From: Pelomyxa schiedti
Lineage: Eukaryota > Protista > Evosea
DNA: 63,380 nt
Direction: 5' to 3'
NCBI GenBank assembly: GCA_020536535.1
Contig: JAHLWZ010000358.1
Coordinates: 1 to 63,380, forward strand
A model generated the notes under the pieces. It did no database searches and had not been told where the DNA came from. It saw only the letters and a list, made by a program, of their open reading frames with translations. Below, in pieces: positions 23,630 through 35,598 of this stretch. Every line of letters starts with the position of its first letter. Position 1 is the stretch's first letter. Made by a program: the position numbers and the translations under genes.

Positions 23630-26600
23630 ATGTTGGGACCGAGAAGCACGTCGCCGCCTCCGATTTCCGGCTATGTCGTGTCTTCGACACCAGACCAAAG
23701 GACGAGCCAGTTGTTCATACGACGAGACGCGGCGATAGATCCCATCGATGAAATAGAACTGGTTTGTCACTTGCTGCACCCCCTTGGTTTTCTTTTTTCT
23801 GCTTTTGTTCTTACAAAACACTGTGGACTTAAAGAAATGGGGAGATGCATATGTTTCCATTTTTGATCCCTCAGCTGGTTCGATTCCTAGGACAGGATTG
23901 ATTATTATTCTTGATATTAAAGAGAAGCAGACTGCAGCTGCATTATTCGCCAACAAGGTTCAACTTTACTCCTCTTTTTTTTTTTTTTTGTAACCATCCC
24001 AGGTCAATGAAATGATGATGGTTGGGGGTGGAGGTGAGAAGCAATATGAAACACTAATTATGGCCCTCTTATTTGCAATTCTTTCCAGTCTTTCACTTGC
24101 ACAAGCTACTCCCGTATGTGAAGTTAAATCGGTTGGTTATTTGGTAACCAAGTCCGTAGTATTACCAACAACTTATCAGTGTAATGAGAGACAATCTTCC
24201 CACAACACTTCTCCGGTCGATTTGTGATCGTTACAATAAGTTACTAGACCAACCACGAGCACAGGTATTATCCCACATTTTTTTTCCTTTATTAAGAAAG
24301 AACACAGCTCTTGTGGTTCATAAATGAACTCCTTGTTTACAATGCTTCAGAAGTCGATCTAATTTGCCAGGCACTTCTCCGTCAGATTATTGGTGGAAAC
24401 ATTGACCCAAAAAACCTCTGGTTATGTGATAGGATGTTGCAAATATTTTCCACACACAAGTACCAAAGTCCCTCACAAACAAAGAGATTAAACCGGGCTT
24501 AGGGAATGGTTGTACCGTAATACATCCTTGATTCCATTTGTGTTTTATACATTTACTCGAATGATCATTGACCACTACCAACCAGTAAACATGAGCCTCA
24601 GGCAAGCGGAAATCTCATTGGTGTCCTCTCTAGTCAACGAAAAAGTAGTGCCTTTTTCCATCACCCATTTTCCACTGTAACATTGCTGTGCTCCCATTCA
24701 CTGAATTGGTAGTTCTTAGAGTGCAGTGCAGTGGGAAGAGACGGGCTACGACTACTGCAGGAAGTGTCAAAAATACCAGAATTTGAGGCTATATGGGCGA
24801 AATTACTCACGAGTCCAACTTCTCTTAGGTTTTCTCCACGATTCCTTGATTAAACTTAATTTACTCCTCCAGCCCAACCCTCAGTGATGTATCTCAATTG
24901 TTGCATGTCGAAACACCAAAGCAGTACCTGCAATCAAGGTTAACACCAGAAATGGAGTCACAATTGATTTTTATGATGCAAGACGTATGAAATCGGTGTG
25001 GTAAAAAAAAGTTAACCCTCAAAAAACCCAAAAGGTAAAAATGGGTTGCCAGAGGACATATCAGCATTGGTTCCAGCAACGTTACCTCAATTCAGAATTA
25101 TCAGAGTCTCTTATTGTGGATTTAATACGGTACACATGTTGTGTATGGCACCCCACACATCAGACTTGCTCAAACGTTGTACCAAGGTTAATGCCCTTTC
25201 CCTCAAGAAAAATGTTAACATCGCAATAGATGGGCTATGATTGGTTGGCTCGTCACGTGCATTCAGGCGAGGAACCCTTTTTTTCTTGATCAATTCTAAT
25301 AGACACTTTCTAGAACGATTGGATTGCTGCACAAGCAAAACTGGCTCTGTTTTATGATTGGTTATATTTTGACCCCAAAAAAAATATAATGAACATAGGT
25401 AATTTGTGCCGTAACATTCCAACAAATCTTCTTAATAAGAGGAAGACTGTAATCTTATGCATTAATCAGAACCCGCTATTCTACTAATATACCACTCTAT
25501 TCCAAAATACGCTGGGCTCTCAGCCACTCTACTCGAGTTTCTATTGTTTCTTATAGAGAATTATGATCCTCCCCATCGAGAGAATCTTTTGCACAGTGTT
25601 CAGAGAGCATTAGAAGAAATCCTGAGAAGAAACTTCCTGCAGTAGTGGGCTTTTACTTTTTGTTGTTCCTAACAAGCCCTTTAGAAAGTATGACCCTATC
25701 TTCGCCCATCCCTTTGACTTGGAACTTATGCATAAAATTAAAACTACATTCGCACCATTCTACAAAGCACCTTCACTTCAAACTTCCCAGAAATCTTCGC
25801 AGCAGTTAACATCACAACAACCCCAGCCACTCTTATCGGCACAACCACGTCCATTATCTCCTCCTCAACGCCTGCCACTATCACAGCATATTCTACCATC
25901 ACAGCAATTGCAGGACCAATCACAACCCTCAGAGTACGTTTCCCAGGGCAATCAGCTTGTGGATCACCAAAAAACTGAACCTGCACAAGACAAGAATAGA
26001 GTGGAGCAACCTCTAACTCAAATCTCACAGTCAATTCTATCACTTAAGGGCGTTTTTCTACAAGATCCCACACCCTTCACTCTTTATCAGCTACTAACAG
26101 TCTTTGTGAATGAGGTAGTTCTCTTCTTCATCTACCCCCCTTCAAGCATCACTAGGCAACTAATTTGGATTCCGAACAACGGTATATGAGTATCAAAGAT
26201 GTGGCTAAAACTTTGCTGAGCCGAACTGTATCACTTCCCAAGCTTCCGCTTTCTAGTTCGTTTACTTTGTATTTCTAAAATACAGGAAGCTGAATTCCAA
26301 GATTGCACACCTCAAACTGTTGTTTGTCGTTATGGTCTCTTGCAGACACTGTTCCACATGTGCATTCAGCAAACGCCCAATGGTCCACAGCTTGGATTAT
26401 TGCACAGCATTATCAAAGAATTACGAAATTATAATTCTCTTGCAACACTACGGTATCGTTCCTTGATTTGACACAACTTACAGTATGTAGGTATTTTTGT
26501 TTCCTGATATCAACGATGCCGAATGGAGTTCCTCTTCCACCCACCCCACCACCGCCTGTCCCTCCTATTGTCACTTTATCTCCCGATCAAGTTATGTCTG

Positions 26601-28035
26601 CAGTAGATGGTGATGAAAACGGGGAATCAAAACTCAACAATTTTTATATTCCTGCTCTAGAGATGTGTAAACCTGCGACAACAAATATTTCAGAACTCGT
26701 AGTGTCTGACATATGTGTATGCTTCCAACCTCCTCATCCCAGATTATTGACAATATACTGCTTTATTAGCGCTGTGTTGACTTCAACCGAGTACTCTTTC
26801 TGTCTGTAGTTCCTTTTGCATATTTGTGGTTACCAAGTCACACTGTTGGTAATGCACAATTATTTTATGCTCTATTGTCTGTATTCGACCCATTTCAAGT
26901 ATGAAAGCCCCTTTGGCATTACCCCTTCAACTCAGTTCATAGTAGATGTTCGCTTTCACCAAACGATTACTCACTCGTCAAATACAAATATTTGGTCCTG
27001 ATTTCTTCTCTATTGTTGGTGTGTTTCTGTTGGCTCTTTCATCGCATTCTCCCCCAAATCACACCGCTCACTAAACTCACAGCTATCCCCAGAGGCTTCC
27101 ACTTCATGGGAATCATTTGAACAAAATTGGATGTGGCAGCTACTGGTGGCTGAATACTCACACAACAATCCTCAAAACTTAGAGTCTTTAGTACAGTGGG
27201 CTGTTGGGAAGGCAAACACACACGGTATTACTGGATACTCACCTCAGCGGGCTAATTTCCGTTTAAGGTGCTGGTGACATATGGGTAGGCATTGTTAACC
27301 TGTGCAAAGATGCCACCCCAACCAAAAACCTTGTTCACATACTTCTGACTCAACCTTTTTCAGCACTAACCTCAACAATCTTGTTGCACTGGAGTATCTC
27401 CCCTCATGGGCCTACACTTAGAGTACTCGAGACTATCGCTTTCAGCTTTTCTTACACTCACTTAGGACTGTGTATCCGGACTTGAGGTAGATCAGTCAAT
27501 ACCAGCAGCAGATCAACCCAAAATAAGAGACACATGGTCCAAACTCCAATCCAGCCTCGCATCATCACAAACCTTGTCCAAATTCTCGAGGCTATGTCCT
27601 GAGCCCAAACAGTCTCTGGAAAATACTCGTACACTCTCTAGGAAGCGGAGAAAATTTAAACCGACACCCATCACAAGGGGTTCTGAGCTACCACCATCAA
27701 GCAACACTTCTACACCTGTTAATGACTCTGCGGACTCATACACCCAGAATGAACTTTCTGTTGTTGACACCTCCGAGACAAATGACTTAGCGGAGGGGAT
27801 TGAAACCCCCAACAACAGTGGTGACCAGGCAGACATTTCTAATACCACAAGAAGTGACCATGTGACTGAAATGGAGCCAGAAAGTGAAGGCAGAAAATCC
27901 AATGTGAGTGAGAGTGGGGGTAACAGCGGCAGTGACAGTGGAAGTGACAGTGAAAATGAAGACCAGCTGGAATCCAGTGGAATGCAGACAGAAAAGCCCA
28001 ACAAAGCCAAAAAAGTCAAAAGAAGAAAGTCGTAG
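23630..28035 (+). CDS. INTS3: Integrator complex subunit 3 / SOSS-A; many exons
   Basis: LLRQIIGGNIDPKNLWLC, GRDGLRLLQEVSKIPEF, LQSRLTPEMESQL, YQHWFQQRYL, LIVDLIRYTCCVWHP, VPRWAMIGWL, LALFYDWL. Confidence 0.9.
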
Positions 28036-28151
28036 CAACACAATCACCTCTGTGTACCGAAAGTACATCCATCATCCCTCACCACTTTGTTCAAAGTTGT
28101 CAAAAAAAATTTTTATTTTTTTCCTTGTGATTTAGAAAAAAAGGCAATTCT

Positions 28152-30745
28152 CTAGGTTGTTTTGTTCCGGAACATTGAAAAGTTGCCAGAGTGTTTTGCC
28201 TTTTGTTGCTTCTTCCTTGCCCTTCTTGATTTCGGCTTCCCGGTCTCTTCTTCCTCTGCCTCATTTAGGATTCCTTCCCGCTCAATCGCGGCCAGTGCTT
28301 GTTCTTGCGAACCAAGTAAGAGGTCCACCCTCGCCCTTCCAATTCTGAACACAGGGACTGATGGTGCAACCTTCCGGCAGCTGCACGGCAGGCTCGAAGT
28401 GTTGAGGTGTGAGTAGCGGCCAATCTTGGCACCGCACTCTGGGCATGACACTTTGCCTTCCGGCGGAACTCCGGTGAGTAGGTCTGCAGACATCCACTCT
28501 ACTTTGTTGATGAACAGCATCTTGCACGCGTCCGAGGCGATGGCTGTGGTCCGCGGGCCTTGTTCCTCTGAGGAAGCTGTGTGCGGAAGAATGTCAGAGG
28601 GCAAGAACAGGGTCTTGTGGCACATTTTGCATGTGTAGACCTCCTCTCTCTCGGTAGCTGGGCTCACCTCTGGTTTTGGTTTTGCAATTGCTTTTGGCGT
28701 TGGCTTTGGCTTGGTTGAAGTTGCCGGTGGTGGTGTGTTATCATCATCATCATCGTTGTCATTATTGTCATCACTGTTAGATTCTGAAGGTGATTCTGAA
28801 TCTTCGGTTGGTGTTGGGGCTGGTGCCTTGGTGGGAGGTACTTTTGCTTTTCTGCTTGTATTGGTGGTACTTGTCTGTTTTCTTGGTGGTGTGTCCGCAG
28901 GTGGCGTTGCTCCTTTAGGCACTTTTCCAGAAGGTGTAGTTTTCGGTGGTAAAGGCTTGGGGTCTGGAACTGTGTCTTTCACATGCGGTGTTTCTTCTTC
29001 TTGGCGTTCTTGTCTTCTCTTGCCCTTTTTGCCTTTGGCTGCTTTTGATGTTGGTGGTATGTTCTTTTCACTGGTTACATCTGGATTTTCTTGCGTCACA
29101 GATACTCTGGAAGAATTTTTCTTTGAGACTGGCTTGGATGGTACCGGTTCAACCTCGGGAACTTCTTCCTCTTCTTCAACATTTTCAGGTTCAGTGGCTG
29201 TTGGGGTTGATGTTGCCGCTGAGGCTGTAGTAAGCGGTATTGCCGTTGAGGCTGTTGTACTTTCTGTTGTGGTTTCTTGTGCAAGTGTGGGGTCTGGAGT
29301 ATCACCCAAATGGTAAAACTTGAGGGCGTTGTCATATAAAGTCTGGTACACAGTTGGCTCTGGGAGATTCAGTGCTGCAGCCATTGCCTTGACAATGTAA
29401 GGTGCGTTACTCGGTTCATTTGCGGCATCCCTTATAAAGGTATCTGGAATTGTCTTGGGGGGGTTAAGGTTTTTGCTGTTTAATATTTGGTTTTTTTAAA
29501 AAAGAAAAACTAATGCTCACTTGGGGTGTACCAAATGGTGCATCTGACGCCAGTAAAAGGTGATCAAGGGGAATTTTGGGTAGCTGTGAGGTTGCGAGTG
29601 TTAAATCTTCAGAAACTACTCCTGGAGGTGCAGCACACAGTTGGGCTCCAGAAATACTACAGATGACTGTTACAGGGGTTGATAATCAATTTAGAAGGTA
29701 CCTTATATAAACCCCTTTCGCAAGGAGCATTTCAAGTTCCTGAGTTGTGCCAGCAAATGCATGAACAGCAATTCTTCCTTGGCTTAATAACTCTTCTTGT
29801 TCAGAAAGAAGTTCGCATAATCGCTCCACAGCACCAAATCCAGCTATATTTATCAAAACTGGGAGATTAATCTAAACTAAAATGAGCGTTCAAAAAAGAA
29901 AGTTAGAAAGAAATTACATCTTTGGCCAGTGCAAAGTGGTCTTCTAGAAGTTTCTCTTGTCCAAAGCGTGTGGCAAATTCTGTTCATTAGTTAGTTGTTA
30001 CATAGAAGTTCCCACAGCGCAAAAACCTCGCGTCCAATCCAATCCACAAAACAGTGCCACAACATGACTTGTGAGAGCAGAGTCACGCAGCTGCTCAAGT
30101 TGCTGTTGTGCTAAACGTTCATTGGTTCTTTTCACATTGTCTGAGTGAACACCTAAAATCCCACTCCATAAGAAAATATGATAAAAATCACAACAAAAGA
30201 AATCCGTAGCGACCAAATAATTGTGAAAAATTTTACTTAAAAACCCAGGATATATCCCATAATATAAATGAACAAAAAGCACACCGACAGCAGCGTATAT
30301 TACGCCCTCGTATTGTTTGCACAATTCAATGACACTCTCTTGCTTGTCAAAGTCAGTGTTCATCACAACCATGGCCTGAACCCTGGAAGCCAAACCCCGG
30401 CTCACGAACTTCTGGAAATCCACGGCGAACTGCCGGTTGGCCATCCTGGCGCCACAGTCTATTATGGGAGCAACCTGGGACGCAGACGACGACGAGGACG
30501 AGGACGAGGACGAGAGAGGAGCCAAGGGAGGGGGAGGCAAGCTCACGAGGGGACGCGACGAGGGATCGTGCTTGGGCTTGCTGGCTGTGTCATGCACTTG
30601 TTGCTTGTTCTTTCGAAGGCTCTTTTTACCTTTTGTGGTTTCCCGGCGTTAATTATCTACTACATCGCGACGATGGGATGGCGTTTGTTCTGCTTTTTTG
30701 CCGAGGGCGAAACCTTCTCGTGCGCCGGAACGATCGACCCGGCAT
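28152..30745 (-). CDS. Degenerate TatD (TIM-barrel nuclease) fused through a P/T/K-rich linker to a Yvh1/DUSP12-type zinc-binding domain; start uncertain
   Basis: TatD: IIDCGA, YAAVGVHSD, ALFCGLD, VHAFAG, IPLDHLLLASDAPF, NEPSN. Zinc domain: YTCKMCHKTLF...H...C...KVEWM...EGKVSCPECGAKIGRYS...CSC. Confidence 0.82.
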
Positions 30746-30980
30746 ATCCTCATGAGATCAAAGAGCGAGGGCGATAGGATAGGGTTCAGAGAAAGTGATT
30801 CAGTAAGAACCTCATTGTTCTGATAATGTGCTGAGTAGAGCCTCAAGCTAACCTTGGACTTCTCGCCCAAACACTGCATTACAAGTTGCACTCGCCAGAT
30901 CAAACCCTTTCGCTCCTTCATTTTGTTTCGGCTCCTGTACCAGGTGCAGTTGCCATTCGTTTATTGGTAACGCGATTTCG

Positions 30981-32627
30981 ATGTCGGGCAGGGCGAAAGC
31001 AACGGCTGGTAGGAAAGTGGTGAAAGTAGCAGAGAAGAAGACCCCAAAGAGCGGCGGTGGGGAGGAGGGCCCACTGCGCAAGAAACAAATTGTGGGAAAG
31101 ATAGGGACAGATGAGCTGAAGCAGTGTTGTGTGGCTCTGGCCCACTCCACAAGTGAGTGCTCTCCATGGCCCCTTTTTTTTTTTTTTTTTTTCCCCTCTC
31201 ACTCCTAACATTGGGTGTTTTGGTGATTATTATTAGGTCAGTCTGAAAGGGATAGAGCTGTTGGTGCTGTACGGAAACTTATACGTTCCAATGTGGCTTC
31301 TTTCACGGATATCCAGTTTGGGATATTGTGGCGTGGCTTTTATTTTTGTAAGGCTTCACTCCTATCCCACAGTTATGTGTGCGCTAACAAACCAAGGCAT
31401 TTGGCACGCTGACAAGGTCCCTTATCAACAAAAACTGATGCGTCTTTTGGCACAAATGACCTCTCTTTTTAATACTACCGAGCAATCTATGAAATTTACT
31501 TTGTGGTTTTTCCGAACCATTCAAACAGAGTGGAAGGGAATTGACAAGTGGAGGTTTGTATGGCCAGACACAAAGGATATACAATAACAAACCCTTAGAA
31601 TTGATAAATACATGAGCATTGTGAGGTTCATGATGGAGGAATCCCTCCAGGTTATTGGTAACCATCAATGGGATATTCAATTGGCGGAGTTATGGGTCAG
31701 CACCCTTATCCAAGGGCTTACAACAACGGGACTTGAAATTCAAACAAAGCCGAAGGGGGGTGCCAAAGCACCCCAAGATGATGGCGGCTGGGAAGCTGAA
31801 ATTCGAGGAGCAACTGAAGGATCACTGGTGCATCACATTGCCGATATTTTCTGGGAGACTCTAACAACAAGTGCTAGAAGAGTGGTTTGCACTTTACAGC
31901 TTAATCCTCATAATTGACCCTTGCGTAAGGGTTCTAAGCCACCGATTGCAGTGGTGGTTGAGTTATTCTCGGCCATGGTGAAGCTATCTCTTACGAGCGT
32001 TAATGGTGATACCATGGTGTATATAGGATCAACCTGTTTCATTGCGCCTTTCACTGCTAACCCCCCTGGTGTCATTGCCAAGCGGCAGGCCAAAGTTGTG
32101 CCGGAGTTACGTTCTTTACTTAAGAGGTTCTCCAGATCTAAGGAGTACTCAAGGTAAAACAGTTTGTGGTTATTATGTCATTTTCACTCATCACTTCTAA
32201 CAGGTCCAGAAGAGAATGGCTCACGGGTTTCATTTCCGAACTAATGGCATCCTACACACCAGAACCAGAACCAGAAAGTGAAGAGGAACCAACAAGAACT
32301 ACCGGAAAACGCAGGAAACTTATAATGGAAGAGAGGCCCATATCCACAGCCGAACCAACACCAAAGAAACCCAGGACAGCATCAACCACCACCACCTCAA
32401 CAACCACAACTAGCACCACCCAATCACCGGCACCAACAACACCAGAGGACACTCCAGCTAGTACCGGCCGGAAAGGCAAATACAAGGGCAAGGCACTCAG
32501 TGAGGAAGAGCGAAAGAAGAAGCTGGAAAAGCTGGAGAAAAACAAAAAGAGAAAGGCAATCCTGGCAGCCAAGAAAAAGAAAAGGATGGCCAAGTCCCGT
32601 CCCAGGTATCCCGCTCCTCTCGTCTAA
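30981..32627 (+). CDS. RRP1: Ribosomal RNA processing protein 1 (Nop52/RRP1 family)
   Basis: LWRGFYFC-IWHADKVPYQQ and FFRTIQTEWKGIDKWR-IDKYMSIVR; Lys-rich tail. Confidence 0.9.
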
Positions 32628-32915
32628 TATCTCATACCATATCTCACCTGCCTCATAGAGTACACGGCCATCACTGCCACTGAAGAAAGAAATCCCTTCC
32701 GTCTGTCCACATCACCAACTTGGTGTTCTCCCACAAAAGTAACAACAAGAAAAAACCTTCAGTCACTTTTTTTTCCAAGAACCGTTTTTGGTGAAGAGAG
32801 GTGATTGGGGATGCCTATGGGCAACGTTTATATCTTTGTTTGGTCTTTGGGGTTAATGACACAGGTGATTAAAATCACAGTTGACAAGGAAGGAGGCCTC
32901 CGGGTCTGTCACGGA

Positions 32916-33713
32916 TCACAGCTGAAAGTGGGGTTCTTCTATTGTCTCAGCAGAGATTGCAAAAAGTCCTCGTGGATGCTGGTAACCTTCATGTGGCCCC
33001 GTTTTCCTTTTTTGTGGTTATTTGAGCTTATTATGTAACCGTTCATACCGACATATTCCACGAAGATAGAAGGTACAGACTGCAATAAAGGATTAATTAC
33101 CAAGATATAACTCCTCCTTTGAGAATACCATCAGGTCCAGCCGCTGAGGTTGTGTGAATAGCGTTTGCAAGTGAAAAATACCTTACCTTTGCGAAATAGC
33201 TGTGCGTGGCCATACTTGCATGGTTTATGATGCGTTGCTATTATGTGAAGAGTGAGGGAAATAGGTAAATAGGAGAAAGACAGAACCTTCATAGTCACAT
33301 CTACCTACTCGTAGCCAGGTGATACCTAAAAGTATCATTGAACAAAGATAAGGGAAAGAGAGCGCTTACATTGTGGCATATTTTCGTCTGTATTAAAAAG
33401 GTACTGCTCTTCTGTTACTGGAGGAATGTAGTCTAAACCTGTGGGAACGTTATTTATCAAAGTTGAGCCATCAAACCAACCATAATCTGGCACCGAAGGG
33501 ATAAATGGAGGGCAATTAACGGGTGAACATAGGGGGAAATGTTTCGGTTGAGAATGTGGCGGAGTTATTGTCGTGCCTTCCTGTAGTAGTAATTACAACC
33601 GCCGGTCATTGAATGTGTACATTTGTGTTCGATTCAGTGGAGTTTGGGTAATCTTCAACGGGGCAAACAGCAGGATATCCATCTACTTCCAATACACCAA
33701 GTGCCACTTTCAT
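32916..33713 (-). CDS. Small multi-exon CCCH-type zinc-finger protein (missed by the ORF track)
   Basis: Manual splicing gives CITWLRVGRCDYEATHHKPCKYGH and CTFYLRGICRYE; GT-AG introns of about 40 nt. Confidence 0.6.
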
Positions 33714-33749
33714 AATTACTAAAACAACAGGTAAGAAATCAAAGACACC

Positions 33750-33767
33750 GGAAGGAAGCTTCCTTCC
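33750..33767. promoter_or_regulatory. 18-bp perfect palindrome GGAAGGAAGCTTCCTTCC in a divergent promoter region
   Basis: Seen directly; contains an nGAAnnTTCn unit; function is inferred only. Confidence 0.35.
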
Positions 33768-34206
33768 CCCAATTACTTGATTCCGCTTCCTCGTCCACCG
33801 GAGAGTCTGGATCTACCATGCTTCTGGTTGATTTATTTCAGAAATGAACTTGGCCAAATGCAATTTGTTTGTCCCAGCCCGGCCGGGGAATTGTGTCTTG
33901 GCAAATGGCAGTTACCGGAGCCGCACCTCCCCGATTTTTGGTGGAACTGTTTTCCTTCGCTCTATTTTTGCAGAAAATCCCACTATGATAAATGCATTTA
34001 TCGATCTGAGCCTTCAAAGGAAAACTCCTCTTCCTTTTTTCTCTGTGTTTCTTCGACGTTCCTTGTGTTTTTCCTAACGGGCTAACGTTGATCAAATTTT
34101 TTATGATCAAGTGTTCAACACCGGTTCAACAGTCCATCAATAAGATGCTTTTATTCCCGATCCCCGAAGGAAAGATCCCAAAATAAATCAAACAGCAGAC
34201 GTACGG

Positions 34207-35369
34207 ATGTATCACCTGCGTGTGCTCTACAACGCCCAACGTGAGGAGGTCGCAATCCCGCAAAGTGCTACAGGTGGAGATCTCAAGTGCCGGTTGCACG
34301 ACAGGTTTGTTTTTGTGTCGCCCACCGCACCACACGCTCTTTCTCCATTTCGTTGGTTGCCAACATTTTCCGCAGGTTCGGCATTCCTCCGGATTCGCAG
34401 TGCTTAGTTTGGGGCGGTAGAGTACTTAAAGAGGGAGCGGAGTTGTGCCAAGTCGCACCCTCTGTGGGTGATGCAACGCCGATCTATATGTCACATCAAC
34501 AGCTGCCAACGAAGACTGCCAAATTGGCCGTGGCGGTGATGGCTCTCAAGGGAGGCAGGCCGATTTCCCGTGACGAGATTCCACAGGTTTCCACACGTAC
34601 ATATCTTCGTGACTTTTTTGATCTCGATATCAGCTTGTGCATGACATGACAAGCTCCTCGCCGGTCCCTAGCAGTCCCGGCCAAGTAATATATCACTGAC
34701 ACTGTATTGTGTATTCTAAACATTTCAGGGTCCAGAACAAATCCCAGAGGCATTGCGGACTGCCGTACTTTCTTCCGCTAGTATCCCTTTGAATGCAACT
34801 GCACTGAGAATCCCGTCTTCTCGTGGAACTCTGCCAATAGATAGGACCGCTGATATAGGTTGGTCTGGTGTCATTCGGCAACGTAAATTTTCTTACATGA
34901 TCTCGCTATAGTATCATATCTGAAGGAAACTACGCACCTTCTGGATGTTTTGAAGGAGCGCATGTCAGACTTGATAGTTTCCATGGAGTCTTCTATACCT
35001 CAGAGCGCCGCGTCCACAGTTCCAAGCTCCACAACTCCGCAGGTGAACTCGACACAAGTCTCTCAACACAGCAAGCTTCCACCTTGTGCAACTGTTCCCC
35101 CGCAGCCCAACATCATTCCACCGTCTGCAACCATTCCCGGTGCTCAGGAGATATCACCACTGTTACAACGCACAACTCTTCTCCTAGGAGTGTTAGACAG
35201 TGTGCTATGTAACACACCCGTGTGCAATAGTTGCTGTAACTGCGGCGATTACGTTGCAACGGGACCCGAAAAGCCAAGACAACAGGTAACAAACCTTTCC
35301 ATTCTTTCCACCCTATGGCCGGAGACTTATCCCTTTTGCAGATACATCCGTCCTCCCATTACTAAGTAG
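34207..35369 (+). CDS. Ubiquitin-like domain-containing protein; 3' end approximate
   Basis: SATGGDLKCRLHDRFGIPPDSQCLVWGGRVLKEG matches the ubiquitin-fold pattern. Confidence 0.7.
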
Positions 35370-35598
35370 ACAGAACCTGCCGACGGCCCGAGCCGGGAGA
35401 GAAACAACTTTTGTAACAGCAGAATGTTTTTTTGGGAGACCAAAGAAACAAAAAACCCACACAGCAACAAACATCCCCCACACCGTCTCTCCAAATGCCA
35501 AGTTAAAACAAAAGCTTTTTGTTCCTTGAGACCTCCAAATTTTCTTCTTGTAGTAAAATCTTCTTTGAAATCAGACCCAAAATTTTCAACACGAGCCG

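Noticed and set aside
23877-23887. GGTTCGATTCC tRNA T-loop/B-box-like motif
   Set aside because: No T-stem or cloverleaf forms, and it lies within the INTS3 gene.
30790-30836. Possible C/D snoRNA (GTGATT...CTGA...CTGA) upstream of RRP1
   Set aside because: Non-canonical C box, only about 40 nt between boxes, no terminal stem and no verifiable rRNA target.
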